Part shown: positions 20,801-33,452 of the stretch, piece after piece
How positions within the stretch are numbered: position 1 is the first letter of the stretch
Layout: each line of letters begins with the position of its first letter
Assembly (NCBI GenBank): GCA_950097015.1
Contig: CATNEN010000007.1
Span: 372,001 to 436,000 of the forward strand
Reading direction: 5' to 3'
Origin: Macrostomum hystrix
Lineage: Eukaryota; Animalia; Platyhelminthes
DNA: 64,000 nucleotides
Made by a program: the position numbers and the translations under genes
Notes under the pieces: generated by a model
Database searches by the model: none
Told to the model about the DNA's origin: nothing
Seen by the model: only the letters and a program-made list of their open reading frames with translations

Positions 20801-23800
20801 CGACGACATCCTGGTGTACGCGAAAAACATTGAAGAGCACAACCAGCGCCTGCGAGACTGCCTGGCCCGGTTGAAGGCCAGCAACATCACCTTGAACCCC
20901 AAGAAGTGCCGCTTCGCTCGACCAGAGGTCGACTTTCTCGCCATGCGGCTCTCTGCATGCGGCATTCACCCAAGCGCCGAGAAAGTAGCGGCCATCAACA
21001 ACTTCAAGCGGCCGACCAACGCAACCGAGGTGCGCTCCTTCCTCGGCCTCGTCACCTTCGTGGCGCGCTTCATCAGCAACCTGTCTGACAGGGCCCGGCC
21101 ACTCCGCGAGCTGACAAGGCAGGCCGCCGAGTGGACGTGGGGCGAAAAGCAAGAGGCCGCATTCAACGACATCAAACAGACGATCGCCAGCAGCCACGCG
21201 CTGGCATTCTTCAATAGTGAGCTGCAGACTCAGCTGATCGTGGACGCCAGCCCCACGGGTGTCGGCGCCATCCTTGCCCAAGTCCAGCCAGACGGATCGA
21301 CGCGGCCGGTGGCATACGCGAGCCGCAGCCTCAGCCCGACCGAGCAGCGCTACTCCCAGACGGAGCGAGAGGCCCTCGCGGTGAAGTACGGCGGCCTGAA
21401 GTTCTACCACTACCTCAGCGGGGGTGGCAGTTTCAAGGTCATCACCGACCACAAGCCGCTGATATCCCTGTTCAGCACGGGGTCTCGGCCGCCACCCCGC
21501 ATTGACCGCATGGCGCTGCGACTGCAAGACCTTGTCTTTCGGGTCGTGTACCAGCCCGGCGCCGGCAACCCGTCTGACGTCCTGAGCCGCCAGCCGCTGC
21601 CAATGCCACCAAACAACGTCAGCCTGGGCACAATCAAGGCGGCCTCCGAACGAGACGGCACGGTACAAGCAGCGCTACACGCCATCCGCGGCCACCAATG
21701 GGACAAGAGTGACACGTGCCTGCAGGGACTCCATGGCGTATCCCACGAACTATCCGAGCTGAACAGCCTGCTGCTGCGCGGCAGTCAGCTGTACATGCCG
21801 ACGACTCTGTGATACCGGTGCATGCAGCTGGCCCACCAGGGACACCAGGGCGTCAAAAAAACGCTCGACCGCTTGCAAGCGAAGGTCTGGTGGCCAGGCA
21901 TGCGAGCATCCGTGGAGGCGCACGTAGCAGCCTGCACCAGCTGCCTGACCTGCACCAGCGAGACCTCGCCGAAAGCCACGCCGCTAAAGCCGACCGAACT
22001 GCCGGAGGGCCCCTGGCTCGAGCTGGGGCTCGACTTTCTCGGACCGATAAACGGCAAGTCGCTGCTCGTCTGTACGGACCACTTCTCCAGGTTCCCGCTC
22101 GTGGAGGTCATGGCCAGCACCACCGCCTCCGCCGTCATCAACGTGCTACGCCGGTGGTTTAGCATCTTCGGGCAGCCGACAAAGGTGACCACAGACAATG
22201 GCCCACCCTTCGCATCGGCCGAGTTCAGCAGCTTCCTGATGGATCAGGGCGCACGGCACCATCGGATCACACCTCTCTACCCTCAGGCCAACGGCGCAAC
22301 GGAGCGGTGCAATCAAGGGCTGAACAAGGCTATCCGCGCAGCGATCGTCGAAGGCAGGGACTGGACACTGGCCCTGGACGAGTACCTGGCAGCGTACAGA
22401 CGCACTCCGCACTGCTCCACGGGCGTCGCGCCGGCCAGTCTGTTATTTGGCAGGCAGATCAACGATGTGATCCCGAGTCTCCGACACTCGCAGCCCGTCG
22501 ACGCGACTCGAGCGGCCATTGCCGACAGCGACAGACAGGCCAAGGAGGCTATGAAGCGGCACGCCGACCGACGCTTCAGAGCCGCCGACCACGGCATTCG
22601 CGCCGGCGACCGCGTCCTCAGGCGCCAGCAGTCCCGGCAAAAGACCGACGCCTTCTACGAGTCGGCGCCGTGGACCGTGGCCGAGGTGCAAGGCGACTCC
22701 CTGCTCATGCAGCGCGACGACGTCGTCTGCCGCAGGCACGCCACGCAGGTCAAGCGGCTGCCCGGGCAGCCTGAGCAGTCCGATCAGCAGCCGCTCGAAC
22801 CTCCCGACGCCCCTGAGCTCGCGGAGCCAGTCGCAGCCCGGCTCCACCCCCGGCGGGCGAAGGACCCAGAGAGGAACTACAGAGAACCCGACCTGCGCAG
22901 AAGCTGAATTGCTTGATTGACAGACTAAAGTTACAAGGACTGTTCTAAAAACTTATATTGTTGCCTGCTACTACTTCTTTCATTTTATTCCCTATGATTT
23001 TTCATCCACTTGAGGAGGACTGTCATGCCGTAGTCTAATAGCACTCACGTATCGCTTTGCCGGTCAATCTAATATGTACATGCATCACTAACTCTCGCTC
23101 ACTATGTACATGCCCCCCACGCGCACGTTGATCGTATCGGTTGCACGTTGAGGCAAATATATAAATACTGTCTCGCCCTACTTGGAGGGCTCACCTTTTT
23201 CTTCGCACCTCACACAGCTTGACTCTTGAGCTATTACAGATGCATTAGGAAAAGAGGAACTATTGAGGACTAGCGATCTTTGATTGTGCGTCTTTGAGAC
23301 TGGTTCCTTTGTCTGAGCGTGAAATCTGGATTCTGAAATACTAATCAAATCAATCCGAGCCCCAAGTCGATCGAGTTGTATAACCCGTGAGCCCCAATGA
23401 TGGCATTTTCTTGCAGAGGAAAAGAAGTCGATCGATGTCGATAGCCTCAATCCGGCTGAGGTTCCAATAAGCGGTGGCGGCCTTGTTGCCATTCTAACCA
23501 AGACGCCCACGACAGGTACGTCACAACAGGCTTTACTTGAATTATGTTTATGACCAACCAGGCGAGGCTATATGTTTCCTCTTGACTTAAACAAATATAT
23601 TTTAGGAATTTCTAAAGGCAGCGTCCGCATTCATCTCAGTCCGTTGCACGAGGGGTCGAATGTCAAAATGCCTAATTTCTACGACTTGGAGGACATGAAG
23701 AAGGTAATTAGCATTCCTAGGTAATCTCTACGAGCGTGAGTGATATCCATACATGTAGCTCCATGGAAAGTAATAAACTAAACCGTCGAAAATTTTGCAG

Positions 23801-24902
23801 CACCTGCTAGTTTTCCGAACTCCAAAGCTGACACCCTACACAAAGAACGATCGGCTAAAGTGCAGACTGACCGTTCAAAGCAATGGGTTCGTCAGCGAGG
23901 AGCTAGATATAGTCTTCAGTAAAAATGCCTCGAACGTTGGAGCCGGTAAGTCTGCTGCATTCTTTGGACTTGCAGCCAAGTTATTAGAACTTATAGTTAT
24001 TGCTTTTGGTTCTTGGCTCAGTGGTTCTTGGCTCAGTGGTTCTTGCTCTTGGTTCGTGGCTCAGTGGTTCTTGCTCTTGGTTCGTGGCTCAGTGGTTCTT
24101 GCTCTTGGTTCGTGGCTCAGTGGTTCTTGCTCTTGGTTCGTGGCTCAGTGGTTCTTGCTCTTGGTTCGTGGCTCAGTGGTTCTTGCTCTTGGTTCGTGGC
24201 TCAGTGGTTCTAGCTCTTGGTTCGTGGCTCAGTGGTTCTTGCTCTTGGTTCGTGGCTCAGTGGTTCTTGCTCTTGGTTCGTGACTCAGAGGTCTTGCTCT
24301 TTGTTCGTGACTCAGTGGTTCTAGCTCTTTGTTCGTGACTCAGTGGTTCTAGCTCTTTGTTCGTGACTCAGTTGTTCTTGCTCTTTGTTCGTGACTCAGT
24401 TGTTCTTGCTCTTGGTTCGTGACTCAGTTGTTCTTGCTCTTTGTTCGTGACTCAGTTGTTCTTGCTCTTGGTTCGTGACTCAGTTGTTCTTGCTCTTTGT
24501 TCGTGACTCAGTTGTTCTTGCTCTTGGTTCGTGACTCAGTTGTTCTTGCTCTTTGTTCGTGACTCAGTTGTTCTTGCTCTTTGTTCGTGACTCAGAGGTC
24601 TTGCTCTTCGTTCGTGGCTCAGTGGTTTTTGCTCTTCGTTCGTGGCTCAGTGGTTCTTGTTCTTGGCTAGTTGCTAACTGGTTCGTGTTCTTTGGTTCGT
24701 GGCTCAGTGGCTCAGAGGTTTTGTCTTGATGATGTTATTTATTTTGTTATCACTGCTTTGAAATGGAGATCAATTTTGAGGATTTATTCTTATTTGCTGC
24801 TCAGTGGACATATTTTTGGCTGATTTCAATGACATTCAAAAGCTCTTAGCATAAATCTGCATTACAGCAAGTTGGAATGCGCGCAAGAGACCTATCAAAT
24901 AG
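17856..24902 (+). CDS. Rel/NF-kB-like RHD-only gene 1; exons 17856-18229, 18316-18416, 18484-18639, 23417-23515, 23606-23703, 23801-23945, 24868-24902, about 335 aa
   Basis: LTIVEQPAQFHRFRYESE (Rel recognition loop), PHPYYLHGDNCSDGFF (compare RelA PHPHELVGKDCRDGFY), FNRLAVICVPKK, IDKIRLAFSL..TVFSEEI, IPT LNPAEVPISGGGLVAIL, LLVFRTP, then ARKRPIK-stop. All junctions are GT-AG and the total length is a multiple of 3. The true first exon may be upstream (ATG|GTAAGT at 17057). Confidence 0.85.
18748..23238 (+). mobile_element. Ty3/Gypsy (Mag-like) LTR retrotransposon, full length, in intron of RHD gene 1
   Basis: 218-bp LTRs at 18748-18965 and 23021-23238 (TG..CA, identical by eye); 5-bp TSD GATGC; PBS-like TGGCGTCGC at 18967; PPT gaggaggac at 23012-23020. 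Confidence 0.97.
18987..22907 (+). pseudogene. Gypsy gag-pol single frame with two premature stops (TAG 19173, TGA 21810)
   Basis: Two CCHC knuckles, protease LIDSGAS, RT (DLREVN..FSELDV..MGF..VHDD), RNase H (VDASP..ERE..TDHKPL), integrase (HQGHQG, LDFLG, DNGPPF, NGATER). ORFs 18966, 19425 and 21822 are all in the same frame. Confidence 0.93.
24005..24720. repeat. 28-bp minisatellite, about 25 copies, in last intron of RHD gene 1
   Basis: Unit gttcttgctcttggttcgtggctcagtg, drifting to ...ttgttcgtgactcagtt along the array. Confidence 0.95.
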
Positions 24903-26091
24903 GCTGCTGAAGATCCTTGGACACCTGGTGCTGACTACTGCTGCGATTTGCAAGCCAATGAGATGCTAATTTCCATACTTTACTCCTTACTATTTCATTT
25001 TCTTGTAATTTACTCGTAGAATAGTGTCAGCATACGAGTTCGAGCTGGAATTCTTAAAAATGTGAAATTTAGCTCGCATTACCAGTCGTTTTACTTTTAG
25101 CTTGACTTTAACAAGTCGTATGGTGTAGTTCTGTTTGCATGTTTTGTATTTTTTAGAATGCACTTTATGACAACGAGTATAGATAACAGTTAAAATTCAG
25201 ATTGCCAGTCGCTGCTACTGGTAATGCAACAAAAACGATTTAGTTAACTGAAAAAAACTGTTTTTCGTTTTGTGTTATTTCTTAAAGCAGCTATTTTGGG
25301 AAAGAAACTTGTCTTAAACTATACCAAACTGGCTGGGCAAATTCATGGAATTGCCGGGCCTTCCCGCGGGTGCACCGCGGAACCGATCTTCCATTCCATG
25401 AGACGGTTATTTTAACTCTGATAAATTCACGTCGATCTATCGTATTTAGTGACATAAAATACATCTCGTCATTGAAAATGTCTTCATATGCCCAGGTGAG
25501 TATGTAGTCAGGAAGCTGTTTCAATATTTTCACCTTTTGCAACCTTTTCACTTGGGAATTTGGCGCTTCGAAACCTCCCAACACGCCAAAGTTTCAGGAT
25601 ACCAATAATTTCACAATGACTCTTCAATGATTTTTCCCCTCGGTATTTCAAATACCCACAGCCTACTTCACGAGAGCTCCCAAACCGAATGACCGATTTA
25701 GCGAAAGTCCACCATTTGGACCAAGATTGTCTGCCTTTTACGATGAACTAATTTTCAACGCCGTCCGACGTCAGCATCGTCGAGATATTCAGCGATTCTT
25801 GTCGAAGACCCTGGTGACAAGGACGAACAACATTTCTCTGTACAAACCTCTTTGGCGAATCCATATTGATTCAAAATTGTATAAATTAAGAATATAATCA
25901 ATAAAATATAGTCAACTGTAATCGCCCAAATTATCACATCATGAAATTTTGTGAGCAGAAAACGTTTGCCTATATTTGTGGTTTTTGCCACCAGGCATCC
26001 CGACGAGAATTGTTGAATATTCTCAACGATACCGATGTTTTGTGATTCTGGAAGTTGTCTCATCGGCTAGAGCGCAAAATTTAGGCCTGAG

Positions 26092-26916
26092 TGTTGTGAA
26101 TGACCATTGCGTACAATTGCACACACTGTACTTATGTCATCTATTTACATGTGATATTGACAATATATATACGTGCCATGGGTTGACGGCGACGTTCCTG
26201 ACTGGCAATCCAATGTCACCTGCACCAAGGAAGCCTGACGGGAAGCTTCGTCTCTGTGTCGACCTGCGCAGCGTCTACAAGGCGATGTCCAAGACTGCCG
26301 ACATTCGCCGAACTAGTTACCGTGTTTACCAACTCTAAGTTGTTCTCGCGAATCGATCTCAACCAGTCGTACCTGAAACTGCCGCTGCAAGACGACGCCA
26401 AGAAACTGACCTGCTTCCACACCGAATCCGGCCTGGGCCCATTCAAGCGAATGTCGTTCGGAATCAGCTCAGCTCCGGCGGCCTTCCAGAAAGTCATCGG
26501 CAACATCCTGGAAGGTATCGACGGCGTGATGCACTATCAGGACGGCATTGCAGTACACGCGGCAACGGAAGCCGAGCACGACAACCTGCTAATACTTACA
26601 TTATCTGTTATCATCCGGATTTTCTGCTATAAAAGTGCGTCCTGGACGCACGTTCTTCAAGTCCTGGAAAGCTGCTAACTAACCTAATGCATGCGCATAA
26701 TATTGCCATCCCACCCATTGCCTGGTCACCTCTTTGAGGGGGGTGATATGTTGTGAATGACCATTGCTTACAATTGTACTTACAATCACACTGTACTTAT
26801 GCTTTCTGTGTAATTTCCGTGATACTGACAATATATATAAGCACAGCCCTCGCTACACGAGAGAGCACCTCTCCTTCGATTGAATTGACTGTCTCGTCTC
26901 GCTAGCAGCCACAACA
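26092..26916 (+). mobile_element. Internally deleted Gypsy LTR remnant
   Basis: Partial 5' LTR (tgttgtgaatgaccattgc) at 26092; RT fragment KPDGKLRLCVDLR/LFSRIDLNQSY..MSFGISSAPAAFQ; PPT gagggggg; 3' LTR 26749-26916 ending acaaca. Confidence 0.85.
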
Positions 26917-28564
26917 CATAGTTTTATTCCAATGATTCGCTTGATGAAATATGGCAATTGTTTTTATGTTTCTCTAGCATTTTCTGGGTCATCGTGCAAA
27001 ATAGGGACAAGTTTTCGTTTTAGCCGAGTGTATTCCGCGGGAATTCCTTGGCTTTCCCTTGTAACGTCTAACTTTTATCTGTATTCATAATGCCTATACT
27101 TAGAATTTCACAAAAGAGAGAGTTCAAGGTTCCTTATTACCGTGGGCGATTCTCGCCGCCGCTAAATTGTAAGTGTGCAATTGATTGTACATCTATGACG
27201 CTTAAAGCGAATGCTAGTTAGCCTGGTGAAAAAATCCACGGGAATTCCATGGAGCGACCATGGATACGCCTAGTGAAGTCATATGAACTGGAGTCGGCGC
27301 TATTTTAATAGGATTTTAATAGGATTTTAATAGAAATAGGATGCATTCCATGCTAGAAATTAGTTAAGACTTCAAATATCAGGAATGGCTGCATTCACCG
27401 CCTCAATTTACTTGGGTCAGCAGACTACATCGGTAAGTATTCGGTATGTTATAATAACCTTGGCAAGGCTAAGATCGAATCAAGCAGATGAGACCGTTAG
27501 CAAGAAAGCTGAGAAGTGTATGCCCAATAAAACTATATAATAATGTATTAGCTTGCGCGGGAAATATGCGATAATACATCTACTAATAAGAGCAATATTA
27601 TAGCTAAACAACTACACATGAGTTTTGGTTGAATTTAGAAAAAAACTACATTGCAACGCAAAAGGAAAAACATTGCTTCTCTTGAAGGGAAATCCGCGGA
27701 TAGTCCACGAATTTTCCGCGGCCAACCTTGGTCTAAATTTAGCCATTACTTGCAGGAGGTTGTGTGAATGTACAGTAACGTTGGGAGTTATGAACAGCTG
27801 TAAATCTCACTCACTAGTCACTACTTGGCTTTGAATATTTTGCGTAGCTAGGTACATAATTCTGGTGGTCTCTTGTGTAAGTTTGTAGTCCTTGTCCCAG
27901 TCTTGTGTCCCAGTCCACGGACTGAGCTGCTGCACACAGCCTCTGGAAGCGCTGCGTGATCACTGCGTGATCGCCGCCTTGTTCGCCACATATTTGAAAG
28001 ATGAAGCACAGCCGCAGCTATTTCGAGGAGCATTCAATACATTATAGGGAGGGGTGCCACACTATAAGAGTTTCTACTCAATAGCTAAATGCGAGTACTT
28101 ATCTCAGAGGTTCGAACTCCAGACCTCTCTGTTCGGATTCCGAAGCTTTGACCCACCTTGAGACAGAACCTCCCTGTGCTAGCACGCCAGTAACGATAAT
28201 TCGCATTATTACCCTCGCAAGCTGTAAGTAGCAAGTTAGATAGTAATGTTTACAGCTTATTGCACACACAATTCTGCACACAACGCACAACAATTAAAAA
28301 AAATTGAATTTAAGTTGCGCTGTAAATAACGTGAAACTTATTAACACGGTCTCGTGTTAAGGCACTCGTGTTACGAGTGCCTTTGCGAAAAGTACCCAGA
28401 CATAAAAAATAGCATGTCATACTGTGCATACTGGTCTCCATCCGACGGAGCAATTAATAATCGTTACAGGGATTCAGCGCGCTATGTTGATTTAGATTGG
28501 TAACGGCCCTGTCGCTGGGCTAGCCTAAGTCTCCGATCAATCTTGATCGCATTCTTCGTCTAGC

Positions 28565-28790
28565 GGAATTCACTATCTCTGGAATTCCCTCTCTGGAATT
28601 CCCCCCTTTGGAATTTGGAATTCCGTCTCTTTGGAATTTCCCCTCTGGAATTCCCTCTCTGGAATTCCCCCACTTTGGAATTTCCTCTCTGGAATTCCCT
28701 CTCTGGAATTTATTCTGTCTGGAATTTACTCTCTCTGGAATTCACTCTGTCTAAAATCCCATCTTTCTAAAATTCCCTCTATCTGAAATA
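28565..28790. repeat. Imperfect tandem array of GGAATT(T)CCC motifs, 13 units (kB-site-like)
   Basis: GGAATT cores at 28565, 28581, 28595, 28610, 28617, 28633, 28647, 28661, 28677, 28691, 28705, 28721 and 28737. Confidence 0.85.
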
Positions 28791-29291
28791 TTGTGTACAA
28801 TCAGGCCTAAAGTCTAAGCCTTTAAGAAAGTCTAAGTGGCAAAGAAGATTTCAAAAAAGCTTTTAAGAAAATGGTATCTGTCTCTGCGCCTTCCCATACT
28901 TTTATATAGCACTACCTAGCGAAAAAAATGAGTGCAGCGTTAACAGTATTGGCTCAGATGTGGTCAGAGCTTTGATATAGCGTTCGAGTAAAGTGCTCAA
29001 ATATTTTTACATATTTAGAATGTGATATCTCAGATGGCCCGATAATATTAGTGTAACAACTTGTCAGTTTCCGATCGCAAACATACTGCTTAAAAAGTCT
29101 CACGGTGTCGTAAGCAACACTACGAACACAAACAAAAAAACTAACTCCCGATCCGGACTCCTCAAATTATTTCTTTCGCCACCGGAAACCCCTGAGAATA
29201 ATCAGCTACTTATTGTTCACTGTTAAACTAAACTTACAAAATAGTAGTAGGTAACTAACCTCATCAAAATTGTATTCATTCTTCAATTAAG

Positions 29292-32236
29292 ACCCAGCAC
29301 CAGCCGCCAACGCTGTCCATCAAGGAGCAGTCGGATCAATTCTACCAATTTCCGTACGAGTCAGCGGTGGAGAAGCACATCGATCTTGTCACCTACGAGC
29401 TGCCTGCTGAGTCTCAACAGCTCAGTCAAGTTTTGCATGATCCGCCGACGCTGACCATTGTGGAGCAGCCGGCACAGTTCCACCGATTTCGATACGAGTC
29501 CGAGGTGGAGAAGAAAGGCAGGGTAGGCGGTCTGCTGCTCGGAAGGAGCTCCAACAATGGAAGCAAAAGCTACACGAAGGTGCGAATCAGCGGCATCGAC
29601 CCAGCACAGCATTCTCAGCTGCAGCTCATTGTGTGTACAGTGAGCGCAGAGGACAAGGCGCCGCACCCGTACTACCTTCACGGAGACAACTGCAGTGACG
29701 GATTCTTTCTGCTCAAGAAGTCTGTGGACAGGGAAACTTGCAGGACCATTTGGGATGTCGAGTAAGGGCCAACTTGAACTTGTACATAATCGATAATTCT
29801 AGAAAAGTATTCCATTTTTTACCTATTTCACACGCAGATTTGTCAGATTGGCGGTCATCTGCGTACCGAAAAAGAAAAAGGAGGACATCAACAAGGGCGT
29901 GGAGGCCAGGCGCAGAAATGTTCCAGCGCTTCATGACTGTAAGATTGTGATTCTCTTATCCTATTTAAGTGGGTCGACAGTTTTAATCCTTCCTAAGTTT
30001 CCGAGTTTATTTCGAAAGTTTTAAAGAAAACAACAAATTAATGCGCTTAAACTTAAACGCCCTGTTCAACTAGTTGCCTATAAAAAATTAACTAGGACAA
30101 TGTTAGTCTGCTATCTGAAGAAAAAAGAAACTGCACTGGATTAGAACAATAGAACTGTTCAATATCGGGGCCGTATGCATCTACAACGTAACAGTAATAT
30201 TATTTGTTTCTTGGTACAACAGAACCTTTCTGTCAGAACTTGGTAGACTGCCTCAATTGTATGATATACAGAAAAGAAGCTTCCAGTTCTGGTTATCCCT
30301 ATCTCATCGTCCAGACTCCAATTTATCTAAGCTTATAGGGACCCGGAGTACAGCGAAGTAGACATTGCAACACAAATGTACTGCAAAACTGTTCTCTCAG
30401 TTCAAAGACAAAGTCTGTTAAAATTCACAGAGAAAACTTTCTATGTGATTTCCTAGGACACTGGAGACAGAGGGCAAAATTTCTGCAAAGCTCAGCCATT
30501 TCTACTGCAGTTTCAAGAGAGATTTCTGCCGTGAAAAATATCTATCAAATGTTTCAAACCCGGAACACAGGTGCATATTGTCAAATTTTCGTTTAGGAAA
30601 TCACAGATAAGCGAAACGATGCGTTCTGTTCGCCCGAAAATCCCTTATCCAAACAGAATTTTCCTGAAGTGCAAAGTCGGGGTCGAAAATGAAGTGCATT
30701 TTCTTTTCCGGTGCAACTGGGATCCTAATAAGGCGGTCAGGGAAAATTTCGTTGCACAGACATTTCATCCAAAGCTAAGAAATTTCGTGGTCTCACAGAA
30801 GAAGACAAAAGCATTTTTAATGGTGCAAGAAAATACAGATGTGACAGGAAAGCTAGCAAAGTACAGAGAAAACTTAGCACAGTTTGCAGCTGCCCTAAAA
30901 AGTGTAAAAAGTGTTCTTTTAATATGGTTAGCAACATCACAATATGGTAAAAGTATGCGTGCCAAGCTCGTTTTTCGCATTTTATTTCTACCGTGTAAGC
31001 ATTACCAATATGATTCCTTTCGATGCATCCGATTTGAAGTTAATTTTTAACCTTACTATATTGTTACTATTGTTACATTTGAATAATAATAGCGAATAAC
31101 TATTCACAAAATAAAAAAATTTGCACTTTTAAAGCATGCGCAAAGTAATAATAACAACAAAATTATCGCATAAATTTGCTAAAATGATTTCTTTCGAAAA
31201 AAGAATAAAATAAATGAAAAACAACTACTGTAGATCCTACTTTCAAAGTATTCAGTGTGCTACACTGAATACATGCATTGCTGGTATGGATTAGCAGTCA
31301 ATAAAAATCCTAATAGAACCACCCGTGTTCTCTCAGGCCCAGCTGAGCCGACAATGGAATACACCAGCAGCAATCTTGGTCGCATTCGTCTGGCCTTCTC
31401 ACTCTCATTCACGGACACCAATGGTGCCTCCTGGTGTCTTAAAACAATTTTCAGCGACGAAATTTCCAGCGACAGTAAGACCATGACTGTGTTTACTATT
31501 GTACTTGTAAATTAGAAATTATAGTTTTTTATCAGAGCTCATTGTTCCATTAAGTTGCAACGCTCACTTATCTGTCATCAGAAGCAAACAAGACCATTGA
31601 AGTTCAGGACATGAACCCTTACGAACTGCCGATGGAGGGCGGCTGCCTTGTTGCCATCCTCACCAGAACTCCAACCACAGGTGCCTTCTGCTCATTGTTT
31701 CAATGCTTAGTGCAAAGTGGCTCAAATACCAAGAAGACTGCCTTGATGTTTCAGGTCATTCAAAGAAGGACGTGAAGGTACATTTCACTGCGACCAACAC
31801 TCATACGAACGAGAAGTTTGAACTCAGGATGGACTTGTTTGATATGAAAAAGGTAAAGCATTTTACTCGATATACTTGCATTTGAAACTCAGATGAAGGG
31901 ACTGTGGATTGACTTGGCTCGAATGTAATGTTTCGATGTCGATTGCAGCACCTTATGTTGGTCAAGGCACCAGACATGAGACGCATGACTGACAATGAGA
32001 AACTGAAGTGCACAGTGACAGTCCACAGCCAAGGATTCGTCAGTGAGGAACTTCATGTGGTCTTTGTAAGACCTGGCAATTCAAATGTTAATACAGGTAA
32101 GTGGCTTGTTGAGGAACAACATGCGAGCATACCAATTGCGGTTTCCATGTTTTTTTGGAATCTTAAAGACTCAATCAACTTTCGCAACCGTCATTCAGCT
32201 GCAGGAAAAGGGAATCCGCTGAAGCGAAAACGATAA
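29292..32236 (+). CDS. Rel/NF-kB-like RHD-only gene 2; exons 29292-29761, 29838-29938, 31337-31474, 31582-31680, 31755-31852, 31949-32096, 32205-32236; first exon upstream (candidate 27385-27432)
   Basis: Same exon layout and phases as gene 1. EQPAQFHRFRYESE, FVRLAVICVPKK, NLGRIRLAFSL, MNPYELPMEGGCLVAIL, HLMLVKAP, ends GNPLKRKR-stop. Length is a multiple of 3. Confidence 0.85.
30350..30950 (+). mobile_element. Probable 3' remnant of a non-LTR retrotransposon in an intron of RHD gene 2
   Basis: ORF 30571-31050 contains RIFLKCKVGVENEVHFLFRC, resembling the C-terminal C..C..E.E.HF...C knuckle of LINE ORF2; no RT core visible. Confidence 0.45.
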
Positions 32237-33452
32237 CCGCGGAAAGAAGTTCGTCAAGTCCTACCATCGGCTCGGCCTTCCCGGAACATCTTGCACAATA
32301 TTGCGCAAGAAGTCCGTTATTACAACCTTTTGTTGCTCATTGTGTTTTAAATCTGTTTGCATGACTAAAAGAGAGCATTATGATACTTATTCCAGAAGTC
32401 AATTCAAGGCTTGTTTGGCCTATTTTGGAATAAGGTCGTATTATTGAAGCCAGTGCGTTCAATCTCTCAGTGAGAAATCACTGGCTAGAAAATCAGAAGG
32501 ACATCCATCTCTCTCGGTGTTATTATACTGTACACAAGTTTGTAGACAGTGAAAAACAGTTAGACAGTGAAACAAGCTGTTGGAAAGTCAAAAGGACTGT
32601 TACTCAGTGAGGTTAGACAGTGAAACAAACCATTGCGGGTTTTTCGTAACATAAAATTAAATAAACCAGAATTGCTGCGAAATACGACTGTACTTGCCAA
32701 TTTTTTTTTCCTTTTTTCTAGCCCGTGATGTAAAGTTCTTGCTTACATTTTTGCGATATCAATTTTCTCAGCAAATATTTTCCTTCAAATAGTTACCGTC
32801 TTCTAAATTTGATAGCGTTTTGCATTGCGCACACGTTTGAATTTTACTGGAACCGCATTTTTTAACAAAATAAGCTAATTGTCTTTTTGACGACCTGAGT
32901 TGTTTATTAAGGAAACCGAGATTAAATAAAGGTCCAACCGATTCAATTTTAGATTTTAGATAGAAAGTGGTGATAAACAATCCCACTTGCAGAAAATACA
33001 AGTGAAGAATATGTACATTAACGCTAATACGACCGTATTAATAGCCTCGACGTAATTTGCCGATTTTACTCATTCCGTCCGCTGTACACTCAAGACACTG
33101 TACTCAACTGGACAGACAAGACTGTTCACTCTGTCCCGTTTTAGTACTGTTTGATACAAAGTACGTCAGTAGAAGGAGAGTAAATGTTTAGTGCCTTGTT
33201 TTAGTGTCGGTTCGTGGATACAAACTGCGTCCTTAGTTTAGGTACATGTTGGAAAGCATTCAAACACATTCACAGCAAGAGTTAAGTTTTCTGCATAATG
33301 GTAAGTTGCAAATATTCACAGTTCCATTAAAAATGCTTCTGATCGTGACAAAAACTGGTACTGAAATTCTTGATAAATGCCTTTTGCTGCAACTGGGGGT
33401 GTTAAGTCAAGCATCTGATCGATAAAACAGACCCAGTTTTAAATAGCGATTT

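Noticed and set aside
21810-21812. In-frame TGA in pol as selenocysteine or programmed readthrough
   Set aside because: The position normally holds Arg (CGA to TGA transition), a second stop exists in mid-gag, and no SECIS-like or readthrough context was recognised.
19040-22847. Long antisense and alternate-frame ORFs (396 aa, 328 aa and others) over the Gypsy element
   Set aside because: Shadow ORFs of GC-rich gag-pol; no recognisable motifs or independent signals.
28110-28180. tRNA-like sequence on minus strand (gggagg...gagttcgaacc)
   Set aside because: B box is present but the acceptor stem does not pair; more likely a SINE head remnant than a tRNA gene.
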